DNA of 37,279 nucleotides from Chloroflexota bacterium (GTDB lineage Bacteria; Chloroflexota; UBA6077; JACCZL01): NCBI GenBank assembly GCA_038318015.1, contig JBBQBU010000002.1, positions 1 to 37,279 of the forward strand, read 5' to 3'. Shown piece by piece: positions 35,267 to 37,279 of this stretch (position 1 is its first letter; each line of letters starts with the position of its first letter). The notes under the pieces were generated by a model. It saw only the letters and a program-made list of their open reading frames with translations, ran no database searches and was not told where the DNA came from. The position numbers and the translations under genes were made by a program.

Positions 35267-36376
35267 GTGTTAACGGCACGGCAGCCCAGCCTGATCCAGG
35301 CGGGTGCGCGCTGTTCGGCGCTGCTGATGCTCGTGGCCTGCCTGCTCGCCGCCGCCGCGCCATCGCCCCGGTCGGCCCTGGCCGTTGGCTGCGCAGGCGA
35401 TGAGCAACTGTGGCTGGCACCTCTCCAGCCACGCGCGGGTAGCGTCCTGCTCGTAGCCGCCGTCTCGACATTCCCGCACGAACAGGCGTTGTTGCTGGGG
35501 CCAGATGGCCTGCTGGCGGCGCAGCGGGAAGCGGTTGGCGATCTCTTCATCTGGCAGGCAACGGTGGTACCAACTCACGGCGGCGAGCATCGGTTCTCGT
35601 TTGGCGTGGCCGACAGCGTGACCATGTTGACGGCGTGTGCGAATGCCCTGACCGTCGTCGCCGATGCCGATGCCGCCGATGCCGATGCCGCCGCGCCTCC
35701 GGCCGATGGCGCGCCGGACGGCGTGACGAGTTCTACGCCCGTCAGCAGCCCTTTCACGGCTTCGGCGTTGTTCTCGTCGCTGCACCCGTGGGCACGAGAC
35801 GGATCGTTACCGGCAGCGCATGTCGGCCAGCGTGGTCCGGCAGCCACCGAGCCGCCCGCCACCGACGTGGGCGACGGCTCGGCACCGGCCGACGAGGCAG
35901 GCGTCGGCGCGAACAGTCGAGCTGCCCGCTCGTCGCGCCAGTCGCGATCGTCGTCACGCAGTAGCGGCAGCGCCGACAACGGCAATGAGAACGACAACGA
36001 GGCCGAGCCGACACCAACCAGGACGTCCACGCCGACGCGTACCCCAACACCCACGAAAACGCCGACGGTGCGTCCGACCTCAACCGAGACGCCGGTGCCC
36101 ACGCCCACGCTCGCCCCGCCGAGCATCGGCAGCCTGTCGCCCGAGGTCGTCGTCTGCGGCGAAACCCTCACCATTCGCGGCCAGCGGTTCGGCGACAGTC
36201 GGACCCAGGTCAACGGGAAGGTCCGCATTGACGACAGGGACGCGACCATCGTGTCCTGGTCGATGTCATCGCTCGAAGTGCGCGTGCCGCAGGGTGCCCG
36301 CCCTGGCAACGACCGCCTGTTGGAGGTCATCATCGCGGAGAACACGGCGCAGCGGTACTTGCGCATTCTCTGCTGA
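35267..36376 (+). CDS. Secreted protein with a signal peptide, Thr/Pro-rich linker and C-terminal IPT/TIG-like domain
   Basis: GTG 35267 (AGGGTG upstream) gives VLTARQPSLIQAGARCSALLMLVACLLAAAAPSPRSALA. Linker PTPTRTSTPTRTPTPTKTPTVRPTSTETPVPTPT. Tail SIGSLSPEVVVCGETLTIRGQRFG...VSWSMSSLEVRVPQGARPG is IPT/TIG-like. Start uncertain. Confidence 0.6.
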   Translation: MLTARQPSLIQAGARCSALLMLVACLLAAAAPSPRSALAVGCAGDEQLWLAPLQPRAGSVLLVAAVSTFPHEQALLLGPDGLLAAQREAVGDLFIWQATVVPTHGGEHRFSFGVADSVTMLTACANALTVVADADAADADAAAPPADGAPDGVTSSTPVSSPFTASALFSSLHPWARDGSLPAAHVGQRGPAATEPPATDVGDGSAPADEAGVGANSRAARSSRQSRSSSRSSGSADNGNENDNEAEPTPTRTSTPTRTPTPTKTPTVRPTSTETPVPTPTLAPPSIGSLSPEVVVCGETLTIRGQRFGDSRTQVNGKVRIDDRDATIVSWSMSSLEVRVPQGARPGNDRLLEVIIAENTAQRYLRILC

Positions 36377-36429
36377 CTGGTCGGCAGGAAGGTTCGTCGT
36401 CCGGTGAGCGGACGGGGTTGTTCGTTGGG

Positions 36430-37203
36430 CTATGCGCCGTTCAGGGCGGCGGCGGCCAGCGCCTGAGCGTATGACACGCTCGCCTGGATCACGCTGTCGT
36501 CGATGCGGTAGCGCACCGGACGCTCGCGGTAGTCCAGGTGGTAGCTGAGGCAGTCGGCGCGCACCTCACTGGCGCGGCCAAGCGCCGGGAACAACTCGGA
36601 GAGGAAGGCCTTCTCCCAGAGTCGGTCAGGGCCGCCGCGCGCGTCCAGCACGTCCGTGGTCTTCTGGTAGTAGTCGCGCAGCACGCTCCGCACCAGCGGA
36701 TCCTGGTAGATGATGCCACCCGGCGAGTAGTTGGGGCGGCCCGGCAATGGACCGTCGGCGTCTCCCCAGTTCTTGCAGACCGGGCTGAGGAAGCCGAACA
36801 CGCCTGCTTGCCGGGCGAACTCGAAGAGGTTGTGTGTCGCGCTCGGGGCCAGCACGATGTCGTCGTCCATGAACGAGATCAGCGGCCCGGTCAGTTCATC
36901 GAGCAGCCGCAGCCGTCCGACACTGAAGCGCCGGTTACGCTCGCGGATGTGCTCGTAGCCGCAGTAGACGCCTCGGTCCGAGGCCAGCCGCATCGCGAAC
37001 ACCACGTCGTCGCGTTTAATGACGGCGCTCTCTGCTGTATCCACGATGTAGATGTCCAGCGGCACGCGCTCTTGCAGCACCAGCCCGACAATCACCATTG
37101 CCAGGGTGGCCTTCCCTTCCGTCAGGATGCCAACCTGCAATGGCCCGTCATAGGTTGCGGCGGACGACTCGTCTGACAACTGGGGGCCGGTGGAGTCTTG
37201 CAC
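36430..37203 (-). CDS. GT-A fold glycosyltransferase-like protein (putative)
   Basis: 257 aa. VGILTEGKATLAMVIVGLVLQERVPLDIYIVDTAES and FMDDDIVLAP (DxD-like) resemble a GT2-type nucleotide-sugar binding half. Weak assignment; GTG start uncertain. Confidence 0.4.
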   Translation of the reverse strand: MQDSTGPQLSDESSAATYDGPLQVGILTEGKATLAMVIVGLVLQERVPLDIYIVDTAESAVIKRDDVVFAMRLASDRGVYCGYEHIRERNRRFSVGRLRLLDELTGPLISFMDDDIVLAPSATHNLFEFARQAGVFGFLSPVCKNWGDADGPLPGRPNYSPGGIIYQDPLVRSVLRDYYQKTTDVLDARGGPDRLWEKAFLSELFPALGRASEVRADCLSYHLDYRERPVRYRIDDSVIQASVSYAQALAAAALNGA

Positions 37204-37279
37204 GGTGACATCATCCTCTGCTGGCGTGGGGGCGCGCCCCGATGCGCGTCGGAGCGCTATGCGCGCCGTTGGAGAATCC

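Noticed and set aside
35660-35692. GCCGAT hexamer repeats (also 25815-25835) considered as CRISPR-like or microsatellite features
   Set aside because: They are too short and lack spacers. The first is in frame and encodes an Ala/Asp tract of the secreted protein. Simple low-complexity sequence.

Overview
GC-rich bacterial chromosomal segment. Gene content and repeat type look Chloroflexota-like, but that is inference only. I found no rRNA, tRNA, CRISPR array, transposase or integrase.

Layout:
1. 2-5348: a Dpp/Opp-type (family-5) ABC importer operon. A lone four-helix-bundle gene, bracketed by heptamer repeats, sits between the binding-protein and permease genes.
2. 5438-8263: MOSC protein, an enolase-superfamily dehydratase and an SDR epimerase.
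3. 8428-18781: a translationally coupled plus-strand operon of four very large GT-C-type membrane proteins. Three are paralogues with an apparently extracytoplasmic PA14-like module placed ahead of an ArnT/PMT-like core. The fourth is DUF2079-like.
4. 23687-18674: a converging minus-strand operon of a GT4 glycosyltransferase, a WecA/MraY-family phosphotransferase fused to a WbaP/PglF-type module, an SDR epimerase and two VanZ-like proteins.
5. 23998-31524: AhpD-like CMD protein, PHP phosphoesterase, a hypothetical protein, YaiI, TrmB regulator, AhcY, a second enolase-superfamily enzyme and ClpS.
6. 31926-37203: lactate permease, an MlrC gene remnant, an aldo/keto reductase, a secreted IPT/TIG protein with a Thr/Pro linker, and a GT-A-like protein.

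Together, 7325-23760 reads as one roughly 16 kb cell-envelope glycan or glycosylation locus. It is the best candidate here for an undescribed system.

A family of short GC-rich nested palindromes (five copies) is scattered over this layout. Two copies lie in frame inside the GT-C genes, and one forms the junction between the two VanZ genes. Many long ORFs in the supplied track are GC-driven shadow ORFs or over-extended N termini, so starts were re-picked where the sequence allowed.
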